Shown here: positions 45,639-56,289 of the stretch, one piece after another
Numbering within the stretch: position 1 is the stretch's first letter
Layout: each line of letters opens with the position of its first letter
Origin: Auanema rhodensis
Taxonomy: Eukaryota > Animalia > Nematoda
Length of the DNA: 64,000 bases
NCBI GenBank assembly: GCA_964057225.1
Contig: OZ059897.1
Location: 10,292,001 to 10,356,000 of the forward strand
Reading direction: 5' to 3'
Program-made: the position numbers and the translations under genes
The notes under the pieces: model-generated
What the model was told of the DNA's origin: nothing
Database searches by the model: none
What the model saw: the letters and a program-made list of their open reading frames with translations, nothing else

Positions 45639-48214
45639 AGTCATGGGAAGCATGGAAATGCTATGTGAAAAAGTATAAAAGCTGTGTGAGAGATTTCATG
45701 TTTTTGAGAGATCGTAACACCACATTCTCTCATATTGAAACAGTAGATAAGAAAGATTGTGTTCGAGCACATAGAAATCGTATGTGGAATGATAAAATCA
45801 TGAATGCCCAACAGCATTCAGTTTTTGAAACACCATTAAACGAGCATAATCCAACTCGCTCTTGGTCCACCGAAGAATGTGTAGAAATTGAACAATTTGT
45901 ATTGAAGCGAGGGATAATAACTAGATTGAAAGAAGATCACATTGTATCAGACTTATTTATAAATACTGATAATTGTAAAGGAAATGAAGGGTTTTGTGCA
46001 ACTGGTGAAAGTGCAGTTATCTGGCAACCACCTATCCCATCAGTTGTCTGTCACTATCAAAAACTTGGCCCCTTCTCCGCCATGTTGGGTGATCATATTC
46101 TTCTAGTTCACTCTATTGAAAGCGCTTTTGTTCTCCAAAATCATTCCACATCCGCTCACGTTCAATCTTGTTTCGAATTCGCTGTTTTTGAATCATCCTC
46201 TGAGGCAATTATCCGATTCACAGCATATCCCCGTGTTTATAATTTGCTTGATCTTTCCAATACTTTGCTTAATGCTGATAGACGCAGAAATAAACGTAAT
46301 GCATTACCTCAAAAACAGCGCTCTTTCAGTGATGATTATCTTTTTGTTAATGCGAAATCCCAACCATATGCGTTTCCATTTCTAAGACCTACTTTCATTT
46401 TTGGATCTGCATCTATCACTAAGTTTTACGCAAAATATATGAGATATGCAGCTACATCATCTTATGAGAGTTTGCTCCAATTCGCGATAGATAATCCACT
46501 GTTCATTGACACAATTGTTAGTTTAGGATTGACAAAAGATCACATAACTAACTGGGCAAAGTCTAATAATTTCAAAGATCCCAATCTTTTGATTTTACAA
46601 TGTATGGGTATAGAGGAAATTAAACTGGCTACTAGACAGGTGATTAATAGCATGAAATTGGATGATCTTATCACTCAAGTAGCTCGTCGTATAGAAGTTC
46701 CTCGGTTAAAAAGATCGTTGATGAAATCTACAACATCCATAGAAGACTTCTTTCGAGGAATGGCTCACGCAGTAGTATATCAAGCCACAATTCTTGATGG
46801 TACACAAACAGTTCCATCAATCGAACAGTTGGCCAGAGCCTTATATCCATCTATATTAGCACGCAGTGGAAATATGAATCAATCTGAAATTATTGCAACT
46901 GCTCAAGGCATGTTATTCATGATCCAACAACAATCGGGAAAAGAACAAATATCTCGTGACATGCAAGTCAGTCGACAACAAAAAGCTGATGCTACTGTTA
47001 GAAACAACCAAGAGCAAGATTTAGCAATTATATCCAAGCTGCCTGACTATCACAACCTTTATACAAAGAATAGTACAGCATATTATGGATTTCCTCCACA
47101 GTCCATCGAATACCCACAGGAAAATCCTAAATTCAATAAAACAGAAGTTTTAGAATTCATAAGTTGGGTTAAAACTCAAATCACAACTGATAAAAATATG
47201 GTACAGCATACTACTGTAACCCCAATAACTGCCACCAAAACTACAATTCGTAGTTTAACAACTCCTACCCCTAATGCGTACGAGAGAGGTCGAGAGTTGT
47301 ATGTAGCAGAAGTATATGACAATGTTCTCCACAAATCAGAGCATAAAACTAAAACGATAATAGATAATAAGTTGAATTATGGGTTTGAGAAAGCGCGTCT
47401 CTCCATAATTGACGAATTTCATCAACAGTTTCATACCATCTGTAAATCTCAAATGGAAACTGTAAAAAGCTGGCAAGCTATATTACGTATACATCCTACA
47501 ATAGGAGTAAGAGCTATGCTTCAGCGGGATGATATCGTTGCCCGATTTGTTGGAAGAAATGTTTTAAAAATAACAACTTGTCAGGAAATAGAACCACATT
47601 TCATTTATCGTAATCATTCTTACAATGATAAATGTTATGCAGAGACCCCTGTTTTAACACACGATAAACAATTATTCTTTGCTCCTATCGATAGCTACGA
47701 TTTGAGCACTGAAGGACATGAGATCAATTGTGAACACAAAGAGACAGAGATTTGGTATGAAAATGGAACATGGAGAGATTATAAAGGTGACACACATAAA
47801 GTAGATAGTATTCATTCAGAAAAACATGATCATTATGCTGAATTGAGTAAACTTCGATTCACAGGGCGGAATTTGTTTGAAAATTCGACTGAAAAATCCT
47901 TAGCCCTATCTATTGGATTAACTTATGGTTATAGTTTATCTACTTCACCTCACCATGATCTTCTCCGCGTAATTTCTCGTTCACGTGATTGGCCTCAAAT
48001 TTCCTCTTTCATCTTCAAAGGAAGTAAACTTATAAGAGATGCCAGGAAAATTGTTTTCTCCAATTGGGATCTGTTCATTGACTTTTGTATAGGTTCAATT
48101 GAACGAACACTCATTACCATCGGTTGTATAACTCTGATATTATGTCTAATGATAGCATTATATTTCACTTTCAAGATAATTCTTTCCGGTTCGTTACTGA
48201 CTTTAGAGCATTGA
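45635..48214 (+). pseudogene. Envelope-like glycoprotein (gB/chuvirus class III-like) of element C
   Basis: Cys pattern shared with B and D; basic site RRRNKR; ICKSQ..W..IL.I.PT.G.R.ML.R.DI.ARF; CYAETPV; C-terminal TM. Lacks an in-frame start because of the upstream frameshift. Confidence 0.8.
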
Positions 48215-50624
48215 ATAGTGTTACTAAGAAACAAACATACAGCATCCCACACATTCCTGATATCATAGACTTAGCGGCTGGAGCTCAGTTCTTTTCGAAT
48301 TTTGATCTCATTTCTGGTTTCTTCCAAATACCGTTGAAACACTCAGATAGATACCTAACTGCTTTTACCACTCCATCAGGTACCTATCAGTATTGCCGAA
48401 TGCCTATGGGATTGTGTGGAGCGCCACACACTTTTCAATCCGCAGTACGATACTTGCAATCTCTTGTTAGATACAAACTGTTTGTATATCTAGATGATTT
48501 GCTAATAATTTCGAACTCAGCTGAAGAACATTTAAAAGATATACAAGAAGTGCTGAAAAAGCCACTGAAGTAAAGTTTTTGGGTTTTGTAATAGGTAGAA
48601 ATGGTGTTAAACCAGATCCTGCTAAAATACAGGCTGTTTCCGAATTTCCAAATCCAAGCACAGTTACGGCTGTCAGATCCTTTCTAGGTATGACTAACTA
48701 TTTTCGACGGTTTATTCAAAATTATGCCGGAATAGCTGAGCCATTGTATAAGTTAACACATAAGGATACTCCTTTTGAGTGGAAATCGGAACATGCAGAC
48801 GCATTTAAAACTTTAAAAACATTACTGTGTACTGCCCCTGTACTGAAACCTCCTAAAGCAGACCAACCTTTTGTTATAGAAAGTGATGGCAGTATGATCG
48901 CTGTGGGAGCAGTTTTATTGCAATCAGCAGAGAAAAATTCTCCATTACACCCGATTGCGTTCGCTAGTAGAAAGTTGACTCCAGCGGAACGGAAATATCC
49001 TCCTATTGAAGTTGAAGCACTCGGTTTAGTCTTTGCTCTTCAACAATTCCGTACCTATGTATTAGGAGTACCTACCACAGTTATCACAGATCACCGACCA
49101 TTAACCAGTTTAATGTCGCGTAAAGATCTCATAGGTAGATTAGCCAAGTATCAACTAATGACACAAGATTTCAACATAAAGATTGAATATCGTCCTGGCA
49201 AATTAAACAGTGTCTGTGATGCTCTCTCCAAGTATATAGAAAACGAAGCAAATGACAGTCGTCCTACTAAACCAAAGGACAAAGTAAAACCTGTTGATGC
49301 TTTTATTGCTCATATTACAACTATTTCTTCTATTGACCAACTAAATTGTGAAGAAATACGGAAAGTTCAAGCTGGAGTTCCCTGGATTCGCGAAGCACTT
49401 TCTCAAATTAATAATGATAACTGTCCGGCTAATATATCAGACCGGTATGAAGAACGAGAAGGCATATTACATGCAAAACAAGCGAAAAATTATTTAAAAC
49501 CATCTATTATTTTGCCTCGAAACGACAAAATAACTGATGTTGTTATCAAGTTTTTCCATGAAGATTCCAAAATTGGTGCACACCTAGGTATAAATAAAAC
49601 TACTGATGCGATTCGACGACGATTCTTTTGGACTAATATGGTTCCACAAATAACTGAATTTATTAATCGTTGTACAAAATGTGCAAGTAGGAAATCTAAC
49701 CCACACCAATCGTATATTCAACCTATGGGAAGATTTGTTATACCCGAAAAGCCATTTGATCGTATTCATGTAGATATACTAGGTCCTTTACCTCGCACTA
49801 ATGATGGACATCGATACATCTTGAGTATTCAAGACGCTTTTAGTAAATGGGGAACAACTTGCCCATTAATAACACAAACGGCTACTGAAATCACAAAAGC
49901 GTTTGTAATTAGATTTGTTTTCATATATGGACCACCAATGAGTATGATAACCGATAATGGTAGTAGCTTTTTGTCATCTGAATTTCAAGCTATGTGTAAA
50001 CAATTTGGAATTAAACACACTACTACGCTACCATATCATAAAAATGCTAATGGACAAGTTGAGAGACTTCATAGAACTTTGGAAGAAGCTCTCTCTTCAT
50101 TCGTGAATGAACAACAAACTAACTGGGATATACACCTACCCAAAGTTATGTTTGCGATCAATACGTTACCAAACTCATCAACATCTATTAGTCCATATGT
50201 TGTATTATTTGGTCGGGATGCAAGACTTCCTATTGACCATCAATTGCCTGGAAACAATCTTCAAACTGAAGAACCAGCCAATCCTACAGAAGATTTTGTC
50301 AATAGATCGCTAATACAAAATGAAAGCACATCTAATATAGTAAAAGATAGAATTGAAACATGCACAAAGAAGAATGAACAACGGTACAATACACGAAATA
50401 GAACACAAAATAAAGAAATTCAGGTTGATGACTTAGTTATGATAAAAGTGAATTCTACTCGAAACAAACTAACACCTTCATTCGAAGGGCCTTATTTAGT
50501 TACAGCACTTCAAAGATCTTTCGTCGTGGTTCAAACAGATAAAGGAAAAAGCAGAAGAGTACACAAGGACTTCGTCAAACCTTACCAACGGACCACATCT
50601 ATTCCGGTTATCACAATTTCTTGA
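48173..50624 (+). pseudogene. Pol remnant of element C: RT fragment, RNase H, integrase; protease and RT N-terminus deleted
   Basis: RFVTDFRALN...YLDD (48173-48573); small deletion/frameshift ~48555; then TEVKFLG, ESDGS, HHCC, DDE core, GPY to stop at 50624. Confidence 0.92.
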
Positions 50625-51191
50625 AGGTAGTTTTTTTTTTTAACTAAATCAAACTGTTGAAATTTTTTTTTATTTTGTGCCATTTCTGATTGTAACACTT
50701 CTTTGTTGTTGATTGATTTTCTCTGAAAAGTCTGCTATTGTTTTACAAGGTTTTGTTTTATTACTCCAACTCTCATTGAGTAGATTTTTCAACATTCTCT
50801 TGTGAATCTTGCTATTTTTTTATGCATAATCATTACTTGTATTCACCTTATGGACATTAGTCATACGGGTTAAACGAGTTTTCATTTTTTTGTACAGAAC
50901 GGGCTCGACCTATTCTCAGGGTAACACCGTACCTGTACAACTCGAGAAAATGAACGACTATATCACAGTCGAATGGTTTAGAAGCAAAGCTCTCGTTTGC
51001 AAGTGAATGGAATAGAATCTACTCGATACTACATTTCGAATTCAACAAACTTGAAGAGACAATAGCTAAACTTTCAAATCGTATTGTATACATTTTTTTA
51101 TCCACTACACCATGATTTTTTTTCCAACATCCAACTATCTTAAAAATTGAATTAATTTATTTTGTTTTTGAACGAGGACGTTCAACTTTTT

Positions 51192-51203
51192 AAGGTGGGG
51201 GGA
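51192..51203 (+). other. Polypurine tract of element C
   Basis: AAGGTGGGGGGA directly before the 3' LTR. Confidence 0.85.
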
Positions 51204-51585
51204 TGTCACATCTGCAAGCACATGGTAAACATGTGCGCGCTATTCAAATAGCGGGAGCCTGAACAAGCCCCGCCCACAACATGGGACACACATGGCACTC
51301 TTGCTTCTGGCCTAACCCAGATAGGTTGTCTTATAGCCATGTGAGTCTCATCTCTATATCATCTATATATATACTCTATTTAATACTTTATTATATCTCT
51401 TTATATTCTTTCTTAATGTAATTCTTATATTGTATTTTCTTGTTATCTGATAATGAATCCTTTTCTCTTTGAGTATTTGTCTTAATAAGGAAATCGGGGC
51501 GTTCGGGTCTGCCTACCTAAGGAACAAGGTAGAAGTACATATATCTTCCGACCATGAAAAGAACGGGAAGAAACAATATGTAACG
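51204..51585 (+). repeat. 3' LTR of element C
   Basis: Identical by eye to 42763-43144. Confidence 0.95.
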
Positions 51586-53156
51586 CATCCTTCAATTTCT
51601 GGTCATTGAATTAGAATTTTCATGTTGTCACACAGGAAATGAAGAATCTTAGTTCAATTCAGTAACACTGAACACACTAACTTTGTTAAGTTGTTGTAAT
51701 ATCGGCCCAAGTAGTATAGTGGTTAGTACTCCACGTTGTGGCCGTGGCGACACAGGTTCGATTCCTGTCTTGGGCATTTTTTGTTTTGAAATTTAAATGC
51801 TATGAAATTATTGCTTGCTTGTCATGTTAGATTTGTTTAATTTAAATACTTATTTAAGTTCCAACAATTTTCGATTAAATCACGTTCAATTAACTGTATT
51901 GTTTTTAAAAATAAAGACAAAATTCAATTTCTGGTCATTGAATTAGAATTTTCATGTTGTCACACAGAAATTGAAGAATCTTAGTTCATTTCAGTAACAA
52001 TGAACACACTAACTTTGTTAAGTTGTTGTAATATCGGCCCAAGTAGTATAGTGGTTAGTACTCCACGTTGTGGCCGTGGCGACACAGGTTCGATTCCTGT
52101 CTTGGGCATTTTTTGTTTTGAAATTTAAATGCTATAAAATTATTGCTTGCTTGTCATGTTAGATTTGTTTAATTCAAATACTTATTTAAGTTCTAACAAT
52201 TTCTGATTTAATCACGTTCAATTAACTGTATTGTTTTCAAAAATAAAGACAAAATTCAATTTCTGTTCATTGAATTAGAATTTTTATGTTGTCACACAGG
52301 AAATGAAGAATCTTAGTTCATTTCAGTAACAATGAACACACTAATTTTGTTAAGTTGTTGTAATATCGGCTCAAGTAGTATAGTGGTTAGTACTCCACGT
52401 TGTGGCCGTGGCGACACAGGTTCGATTCCTGTCTTGGGCAATTTTTGTTTTGAAATTAAAATGCTATAAAATTATTGCTTGCTTGTCATGTTAGATTTGT
52501 TTAATTTAAATACTTATTAAAGTTCCAACAATTTTCGATTAAATCACATTCAATTAACTGTATTGTTTTCAAAAATAAAGACAAAATTCAATTTCTGTTC
52601 ATTGAATTAGAATTTTTATGTTGTCACACAGGAAATGAAGAATCTTAGTTCATTTCAGTAACAATGAACACAATAATTTTGTATAGTTTGTAATACCGGC
52701 CCAAGTAGTATAGTGGTTAGTACTCCACGTTGTGGCCGTGGCGACACAGGTTCGATTCCTGTCTTGGGCATTTTTTGTTTTGAAATTAAAAAGCTATAAA
52801 CATATTGCTTGCTTGTCATGTTAGATTTGTTTAATTTAAATACTTATTTAAGTTCTAACAATTTTTGATTTAATCACGTTCAATTAACTGTATTGTTTTC
52901 AAAAATAAAGACATCCTTCAATTTCTGGTCATTGAATTAGAATTTTCATGTTGTCACACAGGAAATGAAGAATCTTAGTTCATTTCAGTAACAATGAACA
53001 CACTATTTTTGTTAAGTTGTTGTAATATCGGCCCAAGTAGTATAGTGGTTAGTACTCCACGTTGTGGCCGTGGCGACACAGGTTCGATTCCTGTCTTGGG
53101 CATTTTTTGTTTTGAAATTTAAATGCTATAAAATTATTGCTTGCTTGTCATGTTAG
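51586..53156 (+). repeat. tRNA-His tandem array segment 3: 5 tRNA copies
   Basis: tRNA +1 at 51705, 52037, 52369, 52699, 53031. Confidence 0.96.
53031..53102 (+). tRNA. trnH-GUG: tRNA-His(GUG), last copy in window
   Basis: Same 72-nt cloverleaf and T6 terminator. Confidence 0.95.
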
Positions 53157-53573
53157 CGTTCCATTTAGATTCTCAATGGTTCCAAGTTGAGAGATCCAAA
53201 CAGACTATGAGAAGATGAGTATGATTTTAAATATATGTGTGTAATGTAAGGTGAAATAAGAAACAAGAGATGAAATATATAAAGGTTTATTGTTCGCATT
53301 ATAATATAATTATACAAAGATTAAAGCTAGAGTTAAGAAAGAGAATATAAAGAAGATAAAGAGAAAGTAAGATAATGAGATAATGAGATGCCTGAGTCTT
53401 GAGGACTCAGGTTTATATATCCATACAACTCCTACTCAGTTTACACAAATTGTTACAAAGCTTATAAAAAGTGCATCTAGAATATTCTCAGAATTGCTTA
53501 AAAACTATCTGCATTAGTTTAATAATAGCAGCTGCCATGGTCAGCTGCTTTCCTTTGAGATATGTATGTAACA
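53157..53573 (-). repeat. 3' LTR of element D (417 bp, TG...CG)
   Basis: Minus strand TGTTACAT...ATGGAACG; TATATAAA ~53412-53419; AATAAA ~53286-53291; preceded by TTGGGGCA and the conserved hairpin. Confidence 0.8.
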
Positions 53574-53773
53574 TGCCCCAACGGATACAAGTCAGCTGAC
53601 CTCAGCTGTTATATGCAAATAATAATTAAGAGAGAAAAATAAAAAAATAAAATGGCATGAGATAAAGCAAAAATTTTTTTTTTTTTTTTTTTTTTTTTTC
53701 AACAAACTATTGATAAAGAGAAAAATTTTAAGAGATAGAATTTTATAAATGATTTAAACCTTTCCTCTCTTCT

Positions 53774-54418
53774 TTAATCCGCCAGTTGGTCAATTTCCTG
53801 GATCATTTCCGTCATTGATGCTAGTCCAAGCAGCTCCATTGTTCTGATGGTTTGGCTAACTGCTTTTGCCTTACTTTTTGATGCGGACGTGTTGGTAGTC
53901 CTTTTTGTCAGTAGTTTTTCGATTACTACTGATAGGTCTTGCCCTATCTCTATCCACGATGCCTCTTCTTCGGTTCCGCTATTTCCTACAGCTTGTTGTG
54001 TCATCTGTGTTGTCCACGTCGGCATTGCTTTGTAGATGTCAGCTGTGGTCTGCGTTCTGGCGGGTTGTCCCAGCATTATGTGTCGGATTCTGTTCTCTTT
54101 CTGGCTGAGAGAACATCCTTCTGTCCATTTCTTTTGATGCTGGCGAAGCTCCTTCAGATCGTTTTCCTTATAGTTTTTGGTTTTCTCCTCCAATAGTTCC
54201 ATCATAAATAGGATGTGCTGTGTCTTCTTTTCCAATTTGCTCGTTTGGAGGCTTATTATTGGTCCTAAGTTGGGCTTCATGCAGTTGATAGGTAGAAGAC
54301 CTTCACGAAGGTTTTCTACCTCTATCCATTCTTGTTCAATAGTGGTCGCTAGAGGGACCAGTGGTGTTGGAGTTGCGAGGAATGTAGAGAGTGTGACGTT
54401 GGCGAGAGAGGAGGTCAT
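53774..54418 (-). CDS. Accessory ORF2 of element D, ~214 aa, homolog of 3937-4572
   Basis: Same position and orientation as in element A, alignable motifs. ATG at 54418 (the track start 54457 is TTG). Confidence 0.75.
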   Translation of the reverse strand: MTSSLANVTLSTFLATPTPLVPLATTIEQEWIEVENLREGLLPINCMKPNLGPIISLQTSKLEKKTQHILFMMELLEEKTKNYKENDLKELRQHQKKWTEGCSLSQKENRIRHIMLGQPARTQTTADIYKAMPTWTTQMTQQAVGNSGTEEEASWIEIGQDLSVVIEKLLTKRTTNTSASKSKAKAVSQTIRTMELLGLASMTEMIQEIDQLAD

Positions 54419-54466
54419 TTTGAGTAAGAAAAGTGTTATTGAATTTTTCTCTATCAAAATTTTCTC

Positions 54467-54474
54467 TTTATATA
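54467..54474 (-). promoter_or_regulatory. Putative TATA box for accessory ORF of element D
   Basis: TATATAAA 56 nt before ATG 54418. Confidence 0.45.
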
Positions 54475-54621
54475 GTTTGTTTTTCAGTGATTGTTACAAT
54501 TTGTTAAAATTAAAGGATAGAAATTAGAATTTCGGTGGTTTTTGATCTATGTCTTATGTTTAATGTACTATACGAAAGAAAGAAAAATTATTTTTACAAT
54601 TCTACGATTTTTGTTAGTTAA

Positions 54622-56289
54622 TTAAAAGTTTCGTACTTGTTCTCCTTTGTTTTGCGATGGAGATTTATTCTGCTGCTTTTTGCTTTGATCCGCTTTTCCA
54701 TGTAGTTCCAATTCTCCATTACTTCTGATTTCTTCGTCTTGTGTTTTTCTTTTGGGTTGTAGTTTAACATGATACGGGCGTGAGTTTTCATTTCCTATTC
54801 CTAGTGCTGCGGCAAGTGTAGTGTTCCAATTTTTGATTGCTGGTGAGTTTTTGTTTCTGTCCTCAAATAGCTCCTTTCTGTTTTCATTCTTGAATTGATC
54901 TCGTAGCTTTTCGTATGTTTTTGCGTTATTATCTTCTATATCGTTTTGATTAGGACCTTCTTCTTGAGAGAAAGGTGTCAGCTGTCTGAGGTCCTCTTGA
55001 ATTCTGTCGATTGTTGTTGATTCATTTTCTAATTGTATATTAGAATTTGTTATTCTTCTTGCTGTAGCAAGGTCGTCAGGTGTTTCTGAATTATGTTCAA
55101 TTTCTTCTTCGTTTACTCCTCTGTTATTCCCTGTGATAGGTAACAGTTGCGCGAGAGTATCTGGACTGCCTGTTGTGTAACAGTTGTTGTTATTTTCCGT
55201 ATTATTGGTTTGTTCCCATTCATCCAGATTATTCCAACTTGTTTCTTCTTCTTCTTCTTCTTCGTTTGCTATGTCTTGGTCCTCTTCTTCCTCTTCTTCA
55301 TTATTTCTTGTTGATATAAGATTATCGTCTGGTGGAAAATAACGTATGTTATTTTTGTGAGCTTTTATAATATTTCCCTCTTGGTCCGTTATGCTGATGT
55401 TGTTTCCTTCAATTGTCACTATCCGGTAAGGTCCATCTCTTCGTATTTGTAATTTGTTGCTTGGGTTCGCTCTTTGTACAAATACTCGATCTCCTATATC
55501 CAATATTCTTTCTTTTGTCCTATGTGCTTGATCGTATTTCTGCTTCATTCTTTCTTCATTGGTGGCAATCTTTTCCTTGACTTTTTCTTGAATATCTCTT
55601 AAGTTTTTGAGCTGATCCGTGATATTTTGTTCTTCCGGTGTTTCCAAGTTTTTGTCAATGGGTAGACGTGCTACTTGTCCAAACAAACATTCGTATGGTG
55701 ATGTTTTAGTGGTGGCGTTTGGTAATCTGTTGAGTGTAAAAATAATCTTCGGAAGTATCTTATCCCAATCGTTTTGTTCGTCATTAACGTAGGCTGTTAA
55801 TGCTTCTTCGATCGTCCGATGTAATCTTTCTACTTGTCCGTTAGCGTTTTTGTAATACGGCATAGTAGTGTGGTGTGTAGTTCCAAAATTACTGCACATA
55901 GTAGTGAAATCGTTTGAAATAAAATTAGATCCATTGTCTGTGATGATAGTAACAGGTGGTCCAAAAACATAAAAGAGATATTTTTCGATAGCTGATATAA
56001 TTTCTTCTGATGTTTGTCTGATTAGCGGAATTGCGATTATCCATTTTGAAAAAGAATCTTGAATTGAAAGAACATATCTGTTTTCTTGTTCTGTCCTAGG
56101 TAATGGTCCGAGTATATCCATGTGTACTCTTTGCCATGGTTTTGTTGATGTTGGAAAATTTTTCATTGGTTCCACCGTTGCTTCGTGAGGATTGTTCTTT
56201 CTTTTTGCACAAGCAAGACATCTGTTGATGTAGTTTGTAATGTCTTCTTGCATTCCAGTCCATGTAAATCGTCTTGATATTGAGTCCAT
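54622..56289 (-). CDS. Integrase core, GPY motif and acidic tail of element D (continuation of polyprotein after a 1-nt frameshift)
   Basis: C..C, MDILGP, ITDNG, NGQVERLH, GPY; colinear with the element A integrase. Confidence 0.9.
   Translation of the reverse strand: MDSISRRFTWTGMQEDITNYINRCLACAKRKNNPHEATVEPMKNFPTSTKPWQRVHMDILGPLPRTEQENRYVLSIQDSFSKWIIAIPLIRQTSEEIISAIEKYLFYVFGPPVTIITDNGSNFISNDFTTMCSNFGTTHHTTMPYYKNANGQVERLHRTIEEALTAYVNDEQNDWDKILPKIIFTLNRLPNATTKTSPYECLFGQVARLPIDKNLETPEEQNITDQLKNLRDIQEKVKEKIATNEERMKQKYDQAHRTKERILDIGDRVFVQRANPSNKLQIRRDGPYRIVTIEGNNISITDQEGNIIKAHKNNIRYFPPDDNLISTRNNEEEEEEDQDIANEEEEEEETSWNNLDEWEQTNNTENNNNCYTTGSPDTLAQLLPITGNNRGVNEEEIEHNSETPDDLATARRITNSNIQLENESTTIDRIQEDLRQLTPFSQEEGPNQNDIEDNNAKTYEKLRDQFKNENRKELFEDRNKNSPAIKNWNTTLAAALGIGNENSRPYHVKLQPKRKTQDEEIRSNGELELHGKADQSKKQQNKSPSQNKGEQVRNF

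Larger units (their letters stand above)
42763..51585 (+). mobile_element. Ty3/Gypsy element C, both LTRs present, internally deleted (non-autonomous); 4-bp TSD CATC
   Basis: 382-bp LTRs identical by eye; TSD 42759-42762 and 51586-51589; PBS; PPT; fragmented gag-env-pol. Confidence 0.95.

Noticed and set aside
45610-45665. Programmed gag/env frameshift in element C
   Set aside because: B and D are in frame across this point and no slippery heptamer is evident; treated as a mutation.
45665-48214. Captured host gene
   Set aside because: Homologous and syntenic in three element families and fused in frame to Gag in B and D; it is an element component.
9300-53156. CRISPR array
   Set aside because: Whole 330-bp units repeat with no unique spacers; the conserved core is a tRNA; no cas genes; eukaryotic context.
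9300-53156. tRNA-derived SINE or pseudogene satellite
   Set aside because: Cloverleaf, anticodon, G-1 and immediate terminator are intact; no poly-A tails or per-unit TSDs.
53673-53699. Poly(A) tail of a retrocopy or LINE
   Set aside because: Lies within the 3' UTR of element D between ORF2 and the PPT, with no TSD; element A has a T-rich low-complexity tract at the same place.
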